Source: Candidatus Poribacteria bacterium
Lineage (GTDB): Bacteria > Poribacteria > WGA-4E > WGA-3G
Reading direction: 5' to 3'
Assembly (NCBI GenBank): GCA_965215265.1
Contig: OZ244048.1
Coordinates: 640,001-704,000 of the forward strand
DNA length: 64,000 nucleotides
This document shows positions 28,336 to 38,977 of this stretch, piece after piece. How positions within the stretch are numbered: position 1 is the first letter of the stretch; every line of letters starts with the position of its first letter. The notes below the pieces were generated by a model, which was given only the letters and a program-made list of their open reading frames with translations, searched no databases and was not told the DNA's origin. The position numbers were made by a program, and so were the translations under genes.

Positions 28336-28370
28336 GGCTCATCATTACTTAGATAAAAGGAAAGAAAGCC

Positions 28371-29630
28371 ATGGCACTTCCAAAAATGACAAGGATTCAA
28401 CAGCGGTTTGAGGCACCTTTGCTCACGAACCTACCGGAAGCAATTCACACAGAATTAGACCGGATTAACGTATCCGCGATTGTGCGTCCCGGGGATACTG
28501 TCGCTATAACAGCCGGTAGCCGCGGCGTGGCGAATGTCGCTACGGCTGTCAAAGCAACCGCGGATTACCTTAAAACCATCAGGGCGAAACCGTTTGTTGT
28601 CCCGGCAATGGGGAGCCACGGCGGTGCAACCCCGGAAGGACAACGAAACGTCCTTGAACACTACGGCATCACCGAAGCAACCATCGGTGTCCCTGTGAAA
28701 GCAACAATGGACGTTGTGGAACTCGGAAAAACAGCTGCCGGCTTGCCTGTTTTCCTTGACCGATACGCTGCTGAAGCAGACCACGTTGTACCGCTCAATC
28801 GAATTAAGGCGCATACAGATTTTAACGGCTCTATTGAGAGCGGGCTCATGAAAATGCTGGTCATCGGGCTCAGCAAACAGCAGGGCGCGAATCTCTATCA
28901 CCGTGCGTTCTTTCAATACGGATTTGAGAACGTTATTACAACTGTCGGAGGATTTATGCTTGACACCGGGCGAATTGCTTTCGGCATAGGACTCATAGAA
29001 AACGCGCACGAGGAAACCGCAAAAGCTATCGCAATACGTGCCGGACAACTTCTCCCAACTGAACGTGAACTGCTTGTCGAGGCGAAAACTCTGATGGGGA
29101 GACTCCCTTTCGATCAGCTAGATCTGTTGATTGTTGATTGGACCGGCAAAAACATCAGCGGTACCGGCATGGATACCAACGTTATTGGCAGAATGATGCA
29201 GAACTTTGAACCTGAACCCGTAAAACCGGCGATCCTACGGATATTTGTCCGTGACCTAACTCCGGAAAGCGATGGAAACGCAACTGGAATTGGATTGGCG
29301 GATTTCACAACGACGCGCCTTGTTAATCAAATTGACCGGCACGCAACTTATATGAACGGTATCACCGCACTCGGTCCGCAGAAATCGAAGATTCCGTTCT
29401 ACTATGATACTGACAACGAAGCGATTGAGGTGGCACTCCACACCATCGGTCTCACCGAACCCGAAGATGCACGGGTTATCCGGATTGAGAGCACGCTACG
29501 ATTAACAGAACTTGATATATCTGAAGTACTCCTTGAGGAGGCACAACTCCATTCAAACTTGGAGGTTATCGGAGAAACCAAATCCTTTGAATTTGATGCA
29601 GCTGGGAACTTGCTGCCATTTTCTACTTAG
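28371..29630 (+). CDS. Lactate racemase N-terminal domain-like protein (DUF2088/DUF362-like)
   Basis: AITAGSRG, PAMGSHGGAT..GQ, NRIKAHTDF, ESGL.KM..IGL, GKNISGTGMD.N. Confidence 0.8.
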   Translation: MALPKMTRIQQRFEAPLLTNLPEAIHTELDRINVSAIVRPGDTVAITAGSRGVANVATAVKATADYLKTIRAKPFVVPAMGSHGGATPEGQRNVLEHYGITEATIGVPVKATMDVVELGKTAAGLPVFLDRYAAEADHVVPLNRIKAHTDFNGSIESGLMKMLVIGLSKQQGANLYHRAFFQYGFENVITTVGGFMLDTGRIAFGIGLIENAHEETAKAIAIRAGQLLPTERELLVEAKTLMGRLPFDQLDLLIVDWTGKNISGTGMDTNVIGRMMQNFEPEPVKPAILRIFVRDLTPESDGNATGIGLADFTTTRLVNQIDRHATYMNGITALGPQKSKIPFYYDTDNEAIEVALHTIGLTEPEDARVIRIESTLRLTELDISEVLLEEAQLHSNLEVIGETKSFEFDAAGNLLPFST

Positions 29631-29672
29631 ACACATGCATGTTGAGAACAGTTTCAGTAATGGAGGGAAGCA

Positions 29673-30263
29673 TTGAAACGATTGATTGTCGGCATTACAG
29701 GGGCGAGTGCTGTTATCTACGGTGTGCGTCTCCTTGAAATCCTCAGTGGCTACGAAGATATTGAGGTACATCTCACGATTTCTAGTTCTGGCGCGCGTGC
29801 CCTCCATGAAGAACTTGGGATTCAAGTAGATATTGATAATTTCCAGTTGGAATCGCTTCTGGGGATTTCTTCTCGCCGTATTTTTTACCACCATGAATTT
29901 GACATCGGTACCTCGATCGCCAGCGGCTCTTTCCACACAGAGGGAATGATTGTTGTACCGTGCAGTATGGGAACGGTTGCCTCTATTGCTGTGGGTATCT
30001 CGCGCAACCTCATCCACCGCGCCGCCGATGTCTGCATCAAGGAACACCGCAAACTGGTGATTGTCCCACGTGAGACACCGCTCAGCTCTATCCATCTTGA
30101 GAACATGCTCAAACTATCACGACTCGGGGTGTGTGTCCTTCCTGCAATGCCGGGATTCTATCACTTCCCAAAAACAGTGGATGACCAGATTGATTTCGTT
30201 ATAACAAAAATCTTGGATCAGTTTGGCATAGACGCAAAGTTGGTACAACGTTGGAAAGAGTGA
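29673..30263 (+). CDS. ubiX: Flavin prenyltransferase
   Basis: GITGAS, IASGSF, PCSMGT, NLIHRAADV..KE.R, PRETP, P.MPGFY. Confidence 0.95.
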   Translation: MKRLIVGITGASAVIYGVRLLEILSGYEDIEVHLTISSSGARALHEELGIQVDIDNFQLESLLGISSRRIFYHHEFDIGTSIASGSFHTEGMIVVPCSMGTVASIAVGISRNLIHRAADVCIKEHRKLVIVPRETPLSSIHLENMLKLSRLGVCVLPAMPGFYHFPKTVDDQIDFVITKILDQFGIDAKLVQRWKE

Positions 30264-30326
30264 GTATCTAAAACGGCTGTTATGCAAGGTTTCTTAAATG
30301 CTCTATCTTTTGTGAATTGACAACAG

Positions 30327-31175
30327 ATGCGACAACTGAAAATTATCTTAGAGATGATTAAGTTTGAACATACCATCTTCGCACTGCCGTTCGCTGTGAT
30401 GAGTGCCTTTATCGCTGCCAATGGGCTGCCATCGCTGGATAAACTTGGGTGGATCCTTGTCGCGATGGTGGGTGCACGGAGCTGCGCGATGGCGTTCAAC
30501 CGTCTCGCTGATGCCGGATTCGATAGCCAAAATCCGCGCACAGCAATGCGTGCAATTCCAGCTGGCCTCATCACAAGGGGCGCGGTGTGGATTTTCATAT
30601 GCATCTCGGCATCACTGTTAGTTTTCGCATCGTGGCGACTTAACCGGCTTGCGTTTGCCCTTTCGCCAGTTGCCCTTGCCGTCATTATGGGGTATTCTTA
30701 TACTAAACGGTTCACTGCCCTCTCGCACCTCTGGCTCGGGCTCGCGCTTTCGATTTCTCCGGTCGGTGCTTGGATTGCGATTACTGGCAGTTTTGATTGG
30801 ACCCCTATTGTTCTGTGTCTGGTCGTCATGCTCTGGACAGCCGGGTTCGACATTATCTACGCGTGTCAGGATGTCAACTTTGACAGGCACCACGGACTCC
30901 ACTCTATTCCCGCAAGACTCGGGATCCGCAGGGCTTTGTGGCTCTCGTCCACGTTGCACGTTGTCGCAGTGCTCCTCCTCTTCGCAATACCCCTTCTCGT
31001 AGACCTGGGTGCCTTTTATTTCATCGGGGTTGCCATTGTGATGATCATTTTTATCTACGAGCACGCGATTGTTAAACCGGACGACCTGTCCCGTGTCAAT
31101 CTCGCCTTTTTTACGTTGAACGGCATGATTAGCCTCGTTTTGATGGTGCTTTCAATTGCCGATATTTTACTATAG
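30327..31175 (+). CDS. UbiA-family polyprenyltransferase (MqnP-like)
   Basis: IKFEHTIFALPFA, ARS.AMAFNR..D...D..NPRT..R, YSYTKRF, GFDIIYACQD, AFF..NG. Confidence 0.9.
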   Translation: MRQLKIILEMIKFEHTIFALPFAVMSAFIAANGLPSLDKLGWILVAMVGARSCAMAFNRLADAGFDSQNPRTAMRAIPAGLITRGAVWIFICISASLLVFASWRLNRLAFALSPVALAVIMGYSYTKRFTALSHLWLGLALSISPVGAWIAITGSFDWTPIVLCLVVMLWTAGFDIIYACQDVNFDRHHGLHSIPARLGIRRALWLSSTLHVVAVLLLFAIPLLVDLGAFYFIGVAIVMIIFIYEHAIVKPDDLSRVNLAFFTLNGMISLVLMVLSIADILL

Positions 31176-31215
31176 GTGTATGCAATGCACCTGATGAAGC
31201 ATCCAAGGAAAAAAT

Positions 31216-32040
31216 ATGAAACTGTCACTTTCCGTCCGTGTAGCAGAAACAGCATCTAAAAGGAGTGCAACGCATAACTTCGTCCAACTCACTACTCTCG
31301 CTGCCGATCTCGGGTACGAAGCTATCTGCATGCGCGCCTCACAAGTTGGCATCCAAACGCCGCTTGAGCAGATCACTGCTGCACGTCAACAAACACGTAC
31401 CTGCAATCTGGGTATCTCCATGGTCACTGGGGATTTTGACGTGCCGCTTAACAACGAACAGGGCCCCAACGGGCTCCGGAATATAACCCCGTATCTTGAT
31501 TTGACAGAGCTCTTGGGAGCAGACCTCATCCGGATCGCTATGAAGGTTGAGGCAGATATACCTTGGGCACAACGTGCCTCTGACGAGGCTGCAGAACGCG
31601 GCATTCGCCTCGCGCATCAGTCACACACTTTAAGCTTGTTTGAAACCGTGGAAGGCTCAATTGATGTACTTAAACGTGTCGGACGTGCGAATTTCGGGAT
31701 TATTTATGAACCTGCGAATCTTGACCTCTGTGGGCAAGATTACGGTTTTGAGACACTCAAGCAATTTTCACCGTATCTCTTCAACGTTTATCTTCAAAAC
31801 CACATCCGTCGTCCCGGCGGGAAAACGCGCCTTAATACCTGGATTCAGGGTGAAGTTCCCCATGATCCTATCCGTTTACAGGACCCAGGCGGAATCGATT
31901 TCCCGCTTGTTTTCCGTGGATTAGCTGCGACCGGTTACGACGGCTACGTCACCGTGCATCAAGCCTTTCGAGAAATCATGGAACCGGAAGACGCGGCGGT
32001 ACAAAGTTACGAATATCTAAAACAATTTTGTGAAGCGTAG
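31216..32040 (+). CDS. Sugar phosphate isomerase/epimerase, TIM barrel
   Basis: A.LGY.A, LGADLIR, NFGIIYEPAN, GYDGYVTV. Confidence 0.75.
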   Translation: MKLSLSVRVAETASKRSATHNFVQLTTLAADLGYEAICMRASQVGIQTPLEQITAARQQTRTCNLGISMVTGDFDVPLNNEQGPNGLRNITPYLDLTELLGADLIRIAMKVEADIPWAQRASDEAAERGIRLAHQSHTLSLFETVEGSIDVLKRVGRANFGIIYEPANLDLCGQDYGFETLKQFSPYLFNVYLQNHIRRPGGKTRLNTWIQGEVPHDPIRLQDPGGIDFPLVFRGLAATGYDGYVTVHQAFREIMEPEDAAVQSYEYLKQFCEA

Positions 32041-32141
32041 ATAAGGAAGACTCAGCGACTTCGTAGCAGCATTGCGACGGGGAAGCCGAAAACTGAAATT
32101 CTATATCCTTTGAAGTACATCGATGATATGAGAAAATAACT

Positions 32142-33656
32142 ATGAACCGAGAACGTCCCAATATCCTCATCATCACAACTGATCAGCAGCGCACCGACAG
32201 CCTTAGTTGCTATGGTGCGTCATTCACTGATACCCCCCATCTGGATCGGCTGGCGGCTGAAGGGATCTGTTTTGAACGGGCGTATTGTACCAATCCGGTA
32301 TGCACGCCTACCCGTGCCTCCATTTTTTCAGGACGGTACGTCAGCCGCCACGGTGCGTGGAACGTCGGCATGAATGTTCCAGACGATGAAGTGATGATTT
32401 CACACCGGCTCGCCAAGATAGGGTATCGAACGCACTATATCGGCAAGGCACATTTTCAACCGTTCGGGGCACCACCGGCGCAGTCAGTCGAGGCACGCGC
32501 GGATACGACGCGCTATCCTGAATTCCGGGGACCTTATTACGGATTTGAGACAGTGGAATTGGCACTCGGCCATGCAACCTACGGCATCGCCGGACACTAC
32601 GGCGAATGGGTAAAATCGCAAGTTCCCGAGGAGACCTTCGCGGGTTATACCAAAGCGACACGTCTTGCACAGAGAGGCTTTGGGGGAGAAGCGTTCGATT
32701 GGGAACTGCCGCTCAAATACCACAATAGCATCTGGACAGCCGACCGCACGATAGATTTTCTGAAGAACCGTGAGACAGACCTGCCGTTTCTTTTGGCGGT
32801 GGGTTTTCAGGATCCGCATCATCCGCACTGCGTCCCGACCGAATTTGCGGAACGCGTTGATGCTGCACAGGTTCCACTCCCGGATTTCGTTGATGGCGAA
32901 TTGGACGATAAACCGCCACACTTCTTGGCGGCGCGATGCGGTGAACTTGAAAAATTAGAAACCCGCGGTAAGTTTTCCATCGCAGGACAAGGTAGCGGGG
33001 CAGATTTTCGCGAAGTCACCGAAGCCGACGCACGATTGGGTAGGGCATATTATTACAACATGGTGAAAATCATTGACACCCAAATGGGACGTATTCTGGA
33101 GTGTCTGCATACATGCGGACTGACTGAAAACACGTTGGTAATTTTCACCACAGACCATGGCGAATTGCTCGGTGACCATGGATTGTGGATGAAAGGACCT
33201 TTCCATTATGAACAACTGATTCGGGTGCCTCTACTAATGCGTTTTCCGGAAGCGATCCCGGGCGGTCAACGCACACAAACGTTGTTCAGCCATGTCGATA
33301 TTGTGCCTACAATTCTGGCTGCCATCGGAGAAACTCCTCCAACAGTTACTGATGGGATAAACGCTTTGCCTCTGTTCAACGGACAGCAGAAAACTCATAG
33401 GGATTCCGTGCTGGTTGAATGTGTCGATGATCCGAGCGGCTTGCGGCTTAAAACCGTTGTCACAGACACCCGGAAACTGACATGGTATTGTGGGCAGGAA
33501 TATGGTGAACTCTACGATCTGGAGAAGGATCCGGGAGAATGCATTAATCAGTGGAGCAATCCGGCTTATGCAATTGATAAAACAGAGCTTCTCGCAGCGA
33601 TTCTTGAGGTGATGGAACCTTTGGAGAAAAGGGTTGAGCGATTGTCGTATGCATAA
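32142..33656 (+). CDS. Cys-type sulfatase
   Basis: PNILIITTDQ, CTPTRAS, GK.H, PHHPH, DHG..LGDHG..KG. Confidence 0.93.
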   Translation: MNRERPNILIITTDQQRTDSLSCYGASFTDTPHLDRLAAEGICFERAYCTNPVCTPTRASIFSGRYVSRHGAWNVGMNVPDDEVMISHRLAKIGYRTHYIGKAHFQPFGAPPAQSVEARADTTRYPEFRGPYYGFETVELALGHATYGIAGHYGEWVKSQVPEETFAGYTKATRLAQRGFGGEAFDWELPLKYHNSIWTADRTIDFLKNRETDLPFLLAVGFQDPHHPHCVPTEFAERVDAAQVPLPDFVDGELDDKPPHFLAARCGELEKLETRGKFSIAGQGSGADFREVTEADARLGRAYYYNMVKIIDTQMGRILECLHTCGLTENTLVIFTTDHGELLGDHGLWMKGPFHYEQLIRVPLLMRFPEAIPGGQRTQTLFSHVDIVPTILAAIGETPPTVTDGINALPLFNGQQKTHRDSVLVECVDDPSGLRLKTVVTDTRKLTWYCGQEYGELYDLEKDPGECINQWSNPAYAIDKTELLAAILEVMEPLEKRVERLSYA

Positions 33657-33835
33657 TTCGACAGTACATTAATAACTCTCACTTTATTAGAGTTAACTTA
33701 GATAAGATGAGTTGGCAGTATCTACGATTTAAGTTCTTGTATTGCTTGACTTTTTTCTGCATTAGGGTTAATATTAAAACCAAAATTTGCACACACAAAT
33801 TGCTGAGTGAAAGCCACTCTGGCAAGGAAGACTCA

Positions 33836-35128
33836 ATGCAAAACCTGCTGAAAATAGAATCCATCAAACTACGACTACACCGAAGAAACAGAGTCTCTGT
33901 TCTTGTCAGTGCATTTTGCAAATTCACTGCCATCATATTTTGTCTGTGTTGTCCACACTTTGGACATGCGGCGGATGTTGCCCCAGAGGTTCATAGCCGT
34001 TACGTGCAGCACGTGGAACAAGGATTTATTCACCTATTTCAAGGCGATAACCAAGGGGCGATCGCTGCATTTGAGGCAGCTCTTGCTTTAGAACCCCAGC
34101 ACTTTGAGATCTTACACTATCTCGGAATGGCTTATGCAGAAGAAGAATTCTGGAACAAAGCACTGGGGGCTTACGAACGCTCCTTAGCAACGGGGCAAGC
34201 CCAAATTAATGAAAAGAAAATTGAAGTACTTTATTCCCTCGGTGTTGTCTACTTCAAACTTGACAAATGGGATAAGGCTGTAGATGTGTTAAAACAGGTT
34301 GTAACGCTTTCACCCGAACATGCACGTGGGTACGAGGTACTCGGGAAAGCACAGGTGAAACTTCGTCAGTATTTAACAGCGGTTGACAGTTTAACACAAG
34401 CCCTTGCCCTAAAGCCTCATGCTGCAGGCATCTACCAAGAGCTTGGAACTGCTTATCTCAATTTAAAGGCATATCCGGAAGCGATAGAAAACTTCAACAA
34501 TGCCATCAAATACGGACCTCCGCGCTACGCAGAACCGCACTATGGACTCGGCACGGCATATCTGCGATTGGGAGATCTAGAGAAAAGCAGATCTGAAATG
34601 CTCATATTTCAGCAGCTCCAAAAAGAGTTTGCTGAATACGAACGGCTCACCCGGCTCACGCGAGTAGAACCGGAGAATTTAGAGGGCTGGGCGGGGTTGG
34701 CAAAACTATTGATGAACCAAAAGAACTATGGCGAAGCGGTGCGTGTGTTACAAAAGTGTCTTGAACTTGCGCCCAACAATCCAAATTTTTATCACGGACT
34801 GAGCCAAGCGTTTATCAACCTTAACTACCCTAAGCTTGCACAAGAAGCAGCGCGGAAAGCACTCGAATTGGTTGAGACGCAACCTAAGTCTACTCCTCCG
34901 GATGTATTAGCCGTTCTCTATAATACCCTCGGTAGTACTTATGCAATGCAAGGAGATGTGCCACAGGCGATAAATGCCTTCCGAAAAGCAGTTGAATTTG
35001 ATGGAGAACAACCGTATTATCATCTTAACCTCTCAAAATTGTACCAGAGCCTCGGCAAGCATGAACTCGCGCAAGAGCATTATCGCGCTTATGAACACTA
35101 TAAATCGGTTGCTTCGGATAAACGGTAA
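33836..35128 (+). CDS. Exported TPR-repeat protein
   Basis: About 9 TPR units (LG..Y...A...AL...P); start uncertain (33707 or 33836). Confidence 0.88.
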   Translation: MQNLLKIESIKLRLHRRNRVSVLVSAFCKFTAIIFCLCCPHFGHAADVAPEVHSRYVQHVEQGFIHLFQGDNQGAIAAFEAALALEPQHFEILHYLGMAYAEEEFWNKALGAYERSLATGQAQINEKKIEVLYSLGVVYFKLDKWDKAVDVLKQVVTLSPEHARGYEVLGKAQVKLRQYLTAVDSLTQALALKPHAAGIYQELGTAYLNLKAYPEAIENFNNAIKYGPPRYAEPHYGLGTAYLRLGDLEKSRSEMLIFQQLQKEFAEYERLTRLTRVEPENLEGWAGLAKLLMNQKNYGEAVRVLQKCLELAPNNPNFYHGLSQAFINLNYPKLAQEAARKALELVETQPKSTPPDVLAVLYNTLGSTYAMQGDVPQAINAFRKAVEFDGEQPYYHLNLSKLYQSLGKHELAQEHYRAYEHYKSVASDKR

Positions 35129-35936
35129 GAACCCGTTCGTCTATCTTTTCATTTTAGGCATCTTTTGGGGGATATTTGTCCTTAACGAAGGCGGCGTTGG
35201 TAATCCGCCTGCTTCTGGAACAGAGACAGACGAGTTCATTCTGGTCCCTGCTGGTACCTTTACGATGGGGAATGATAGACGTGCCGCTGACGAGAGACCT
35301 GCCCATAAAGTCTACCTTAATGCTTATTACATTAGTAAATATGAGGTAACGAATGCGCAATATTATAAGTTTTGGAAAGAAAATCCTACTCACGAAAATA
35401 CACCGGAGCACTTTACGCATCTCCGCCATATCGGTGAGTGGCCCGCGCGGGCGCAGCAATTTCCGAATTATCCAGTGGTCGGTGTCTCGTGGTACGCCGC
35501 GAAAGCGTACGCAGACTGGAAAGGGATGCGGCTCCCAACGGAATCAGAATGGGAGAAGGCGGCTCGCGGTTACACCGATAGAACGTGGCCCTGGGGTAAT
35601 GCCATGGAACCTAATGCCAATACTAACGCTAACGATGATGGCTATCGAAACCAACTCGCACCGGTAGGGAGTTTTCCTAAAGGGAAGAGTTACTACGGGG
35701 TACTGGATATGGCTGGCAACGTATGGGAATGGACCGCGGATTGGTACAGCGATGTTTACTATTTCCATAGCCCTAAGCAGAACCCAAAAGGACCTGATGT
35801 CGGAAGCTGGCGGGTTATCCGAGGCGGTTCGTGGATAGATACCCTCACCCGATGTAGTACCACCTTTCGGTTTTACCTCTATCCCAGTTTGAAGACATCT
35901 TTTGTCGGGTTTCGGTTAGCCAAAACAGACAAATAA
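35091..35936 (+). CDS. FGE-sulfatase (SUMF1/EgtB/PvdO) domain protein
   Basis: F.MG, YEVTN, PVV.VSW, RLPTESEWEKAARG, DMAGNVWEW, RGGSW, GFR; N-terminal hydrophobic segment; start uncertain. Confidence 0.9.
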   Translation: MNTINRLLRINGKNPFVYLFILGIFWGIFVLNEGGVGNPPASGTETDEFILVPAGTFTMGNDRRAADERPAHKVYLNAYYISKYEVTNAQYYKFWKENPTHENTPEHFTHLRHIGEWPARAQQFPNYPVVGVSWYAAKAYADWKGMRLPTESEWEKAARGYTDRTWPWGNAMEPNANTNANDDGYRNQLAPVGSFPKGKSYYGVLDMAGNVWEWTADWYSDVYYFHSPKQNPKGPDVGSWRVIRGGSWIDTLTRCSTTFRFYLYPSLKTSFVGFRLAKTDK

Positions 35937-36041
35937 ACACTGATTATGGTAAAGAAGCCTCCCGGTTCACGAGCGAATAGCCAGTTCATCAACAAACAGC
36001 GAACGAATACCGCCGATTTGCACATATCTTGTATTCGGAAC

Positions 36042-37712
36042 ATGCCGTATCGCTTTCCTATACAAAAACCTAATTTTATATTCGTAATTGTCTTTCTGCT
36101 CTCGCAGTTCAATCTCTATAGCAGCACCACGCAACCCCCTATTTTCGTTGATATTACTGAAGAAGCTGGCATCCATTTCAGACATACAAATGGGAAAAGT
36201 GAACATAAACATATCATTGAGACGATGGGCTCTGGTGTCGTCTTTTTTGATTATGATAACGACGGTGATGCTGATCTCTATTTTGTTAACAGTGGCAACT
36301 CTATTCCTGGCGATAAGCAGAAGGATACTCAGAACCCTAACGTTCTCTATCGCAACGACGGAGATGGAAGTTTCACAGATGTCACTGCGAGCACAGGAAC
36401 TGGGGATACAGGTTACGGCATGGCTGCCGCGGCTGCGGATATTGATAATGATGATGATGCCGACCTCTACGTTGCCAACTTTGGCGAGGATACACTTTAT
36501 AGAAATAACGGCAACGGAACATTTACAGATATAACTGAATCCGCAGGCATCAATAACCGACTCTGGGGAATCGCTGTTGTTTATCTCGATTTTGATCTGG
36601 ATGCCGATTTGGATATTTTCGTAGTTAATTATCTGGTTTATGAGACATCTATGCCTGTTTCAACCTATAAAGGGATTATCGGATACGGGCATCCGCGGAG
36701 TTATGAGGGAACTGCAGATGTACTTTACCGAAACAACGGCGATGGCACCTTTACCGATGTTGCCGAAGCTGCCGGCCTGATGAACACTACCGAAGGGCGT
36801 GGAATGGGTGCAGTCGCATGCGATTATGATAACGATGGATTTCCTGATATTTATGTTACCAACGATACCAATCGCAATTTTTTGTATCGAAACAATGGCG
36901 ATGGCACCTTCACCGATGAAAGCCTATTCATTGGAGGAGGCTATGATGAAAACGGCGTTGCTGAAGGGTCTATGGGTGTAGATTGCGGAGATTATAACCA
37001 GGACGGATGGCTAGACCTGATCGTTGCCAATTCTGAGAAGGCAACCCTTTATAAAAACGAGGACGGAATTCTGTTTGTTGACGCAACAGCGCAGGCAGCC
37101 CTGCATCAACCTACACTTCCGTTTGTCGGTTTTAGTCCACTTTTTTTAGATTACGATAACGACGGACACTTGGACATCTTCTGTGCAAATGGACATCCAC
37201 AAGATGTTATCGAAATCTTGACGGACCACGAGACTTATGCACAGCGAGATCAGATTTTTCACAACAACGGAGACGGCACCTATACCGATGTGTCAGAAAC
37301 CGCCGGCGATTATTTTACAGAGGTGTTTGTCGGTCGGGCAGCCGCCTCTGCAGATTATGATAAAGACGGAGATATCGACATCGTCGTCATGAATTCTAAC
37401 CAACGTCCTATTCTTCTCCGAAATGACGGAGGCAATCGTCAGAATTGGATCAGTATTGAACTTGTCGGGACACTGAGTAATCGCGACGGCATCGGTGCCA
37501 AGGTTTCCCTCACAACAGGGTCTGATCAGGCAATCTCTATCGTCAAAAGCGGTTCCAGTTATGCATCAGGCAGCGATATCCGATTGCTATTTGGATTAGG
37601 CAGGCATCAAAATATTGAGCAGCTCACTGTTGTGTGGCCGAGCCGCATCACGCAAACGTTGGAAGGAGTAGCTGCCAATCAGAGTTTGACAATTTTAGAG
37701 AGTGTGCCCTAA
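36042..37712 (+). CDS. CRTAC1-like FG-GAP repeat protein with ASPIC/UnbV C-terminus
   Basis: ETMGSG, repeated DYDNDG..D / LYRN.GDGTFTDV; SNRDGIGA, SY.S, FGLG, WPS. Confidence 0.92.
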   Translation: MPYRFPIQKPNFIFVIVFLLSQFNLYSSTTQPPIFVDITEEAGIHFRHTNGKSEHKHIIETMGSGVVFFDYDNDGDADLYFVNSGNSIPGDKQKDTQNPNVLYRNDGDGSFTDVTASTGTGDTGYGMAAAAADIDNDDDADLYVANFGEDTLYRNNGNGTFTDITESAGINNRLWGIAVVYLDFDLDADLDIFVVNYLVYETSMPVSTYKGIIGYGHPRSYEGTADVLYRNNGDGTFTDVAEAAGLMNTTEGRGMGAVACDYDNDGFPDIYVTNDTNRNFLYRNNGDGTFTDESLFIGGGYDENGVAEGSMGVDCGDYNQDGWLDLIVANSEKATLYKNEDGILFVDATAQAALHQPTLPFVGFSPLFLDYDNDGHLDIFCANGHPQDVIEILTDHETYAQRDQIFHNNGDGTYTDVSETAGDYFTEVFVGRAAASADYDKDGDIDIVVMNSNQRPILLRNDGGNRQNWISIELVGTLSNRDGIGAKVSLTTGSDQAISIVKSGSSYASGSDIRLLFGLGRHQNIEQLTVVWPSRITQTLEGVAANQSLTILESVP

Positions 37713-37722
37713 TAGAGACAAC

Positions 37723-37758
37723 AAAAAGCCCGTATCCTGATATGGATACGGGCTTTTT
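37723..37758. terminator. Bidirectional intrinsic terminator
   Basis: AAAAAGCCCGTATCC-tgatat-GGATACGGGCTTTTT between convergent genes. Confidence 0.9.
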
Positions 37759-37777
37759 AGGCTGAGAAACTCACCAA

Positions 37778-38503
37778 TTATTTCCGCTTGATATCCGCCC
37801 AGCGAACTGCGAGTTTGTCTTTCGGTTCAACCGGGGTGAGAACATCTAAGAAAAGGTTATCTTGCGTAGGGGCAATTTTGAGATCTGTATCTGTCGGTTC
37901 AAAATGAAGGTTGACATAATCTGCCCCGCCGGATTCACCACATTTGAAGTGCAAAAAATTTTCGCCTTTTTTAAGGCTAATCTCAGTCGGCGTGGTGACT
38001 TCTCTAACACCCCCTGTCCAAGCGGAGTTGTCATAAACCTGTTCTCCGTTGAGCCAAATTTGTGCGTAATCATCGTGTGCAGGGTGCATGATGGTCGTCC
38101 GGTCATCCGGTGAGATGACGACGATAATCCCGTGCCATGTGATGTCCCTTGCATCAGTGATTCCGTGGCTAGTGGACAGGTTAGTCTGGTCTTCGGTGTT
38201 AATTGTCACAATAGACCAGGCGAGTGCCCCGCCGTTCTCAGTCTCAGATAGATCGACAATAATGTTGGCTGTTTTACCGGCACCCTCGCGTGTGGAAACC
38301 GAGGCGTTTGAAATCACACCGCCGGATCCTCTAGAGAGATAATCAATGCCGGCAGATATATCAAAACCACCGGTATTTGTCACCAGATCCAGCCCCCACC
38401 ACTTTTCAATCCAGGTATCTCCTGCTGGCTGCCAATTTTGTGCAAATGCCATCGGCGTGAAGACTAAACAGGCAATCGTCAGAAAGATTGCTAATCTTTT
38501 CAT
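37778..38503 (-). CDS. Secreted beta-sandwich protein (PA14-like) with the C-terminal tail motif
   Basis: Signal peptide AFA-Q; HDDYAQIWLNG, LKKGEN; tail PVEPKDKLAVRWADIKRK; AAGGAG SD. Confidence 0.75.
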   Translation of the reverse strand: MKRLAIFLTIACLVFTPMAFAQNWQPAGDTWIEKWWGLDLVTNTGGFDISAGIDYLSRGSGGVISNASVSTREGAGKTANIIVDLSETENGGALAWSIVTINTEDQTNLSTSHGITDARDITWHGIIVVISPDDRTTIMHPAHDDYAQIWLNGEQVYDNSAWTGGVREVTTPTEISLKKGENFLHFKCGESGGADYVNLHFEPTDTDLKIAPTQDNLFLDVLTPVEPKDKLAVRWADIKRK

Positions 38504-38738
38504 AGCTATGAAATCTCCTTATCTGTTAATTAGGACTCATGCCCAGCACTATTTGAGCAAGAAGCGCGCTTCTCAAAAGAACTATGCAGAGTCAAATTAG
38601 AACTAAATTTTCACTTTTAGTGATAGCAGTACTGCATGCAAATCACTCAATTGTCTGCTGACAGTTCCCCAAGTATAAACGGACATGGGGCTTCTGCAGC
38701 TTCGCGATTTTTCTCTTTCTAAAAAATGCGTATATCAT

Positions 38739-38767
38739 ATTATAGCACTTTTTGATAATAAAAGCAA
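38739..38767 (-). promoter_or_regulatory. Sigma70-type promoter implying a ~230-nt leader
   Basis: TTGCTT-17-TATAAT with extended TG. Confidence 0.6.
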
Positions 38768-38893
38768 GAAAAAATGAATCACGATTGATTATTCTCTTTT
38801 TAAGATAGCATGAAATACAAAATTTATCAATAATTAATATTCACTCAAAACGTGCCCGATGTCAAATAGATATAAAGCACTCAGCAAGAAAAT

Positions 38894-38922
38894 TTGACAT
38901 TTATACGAAATAGTGATAGGCT
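38894..38922 (+). promoter_or_regulatory. Sigma70-type promoter
   Basis: TTGACA-17-TAGGCT with extended TG. Confidence 0.55.
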
Positions 38923-38977
38923 ACAGTGTTAGAGATCAAAACCGAGCCTCCGGATACCTATAAAAAGGAGATATCTT

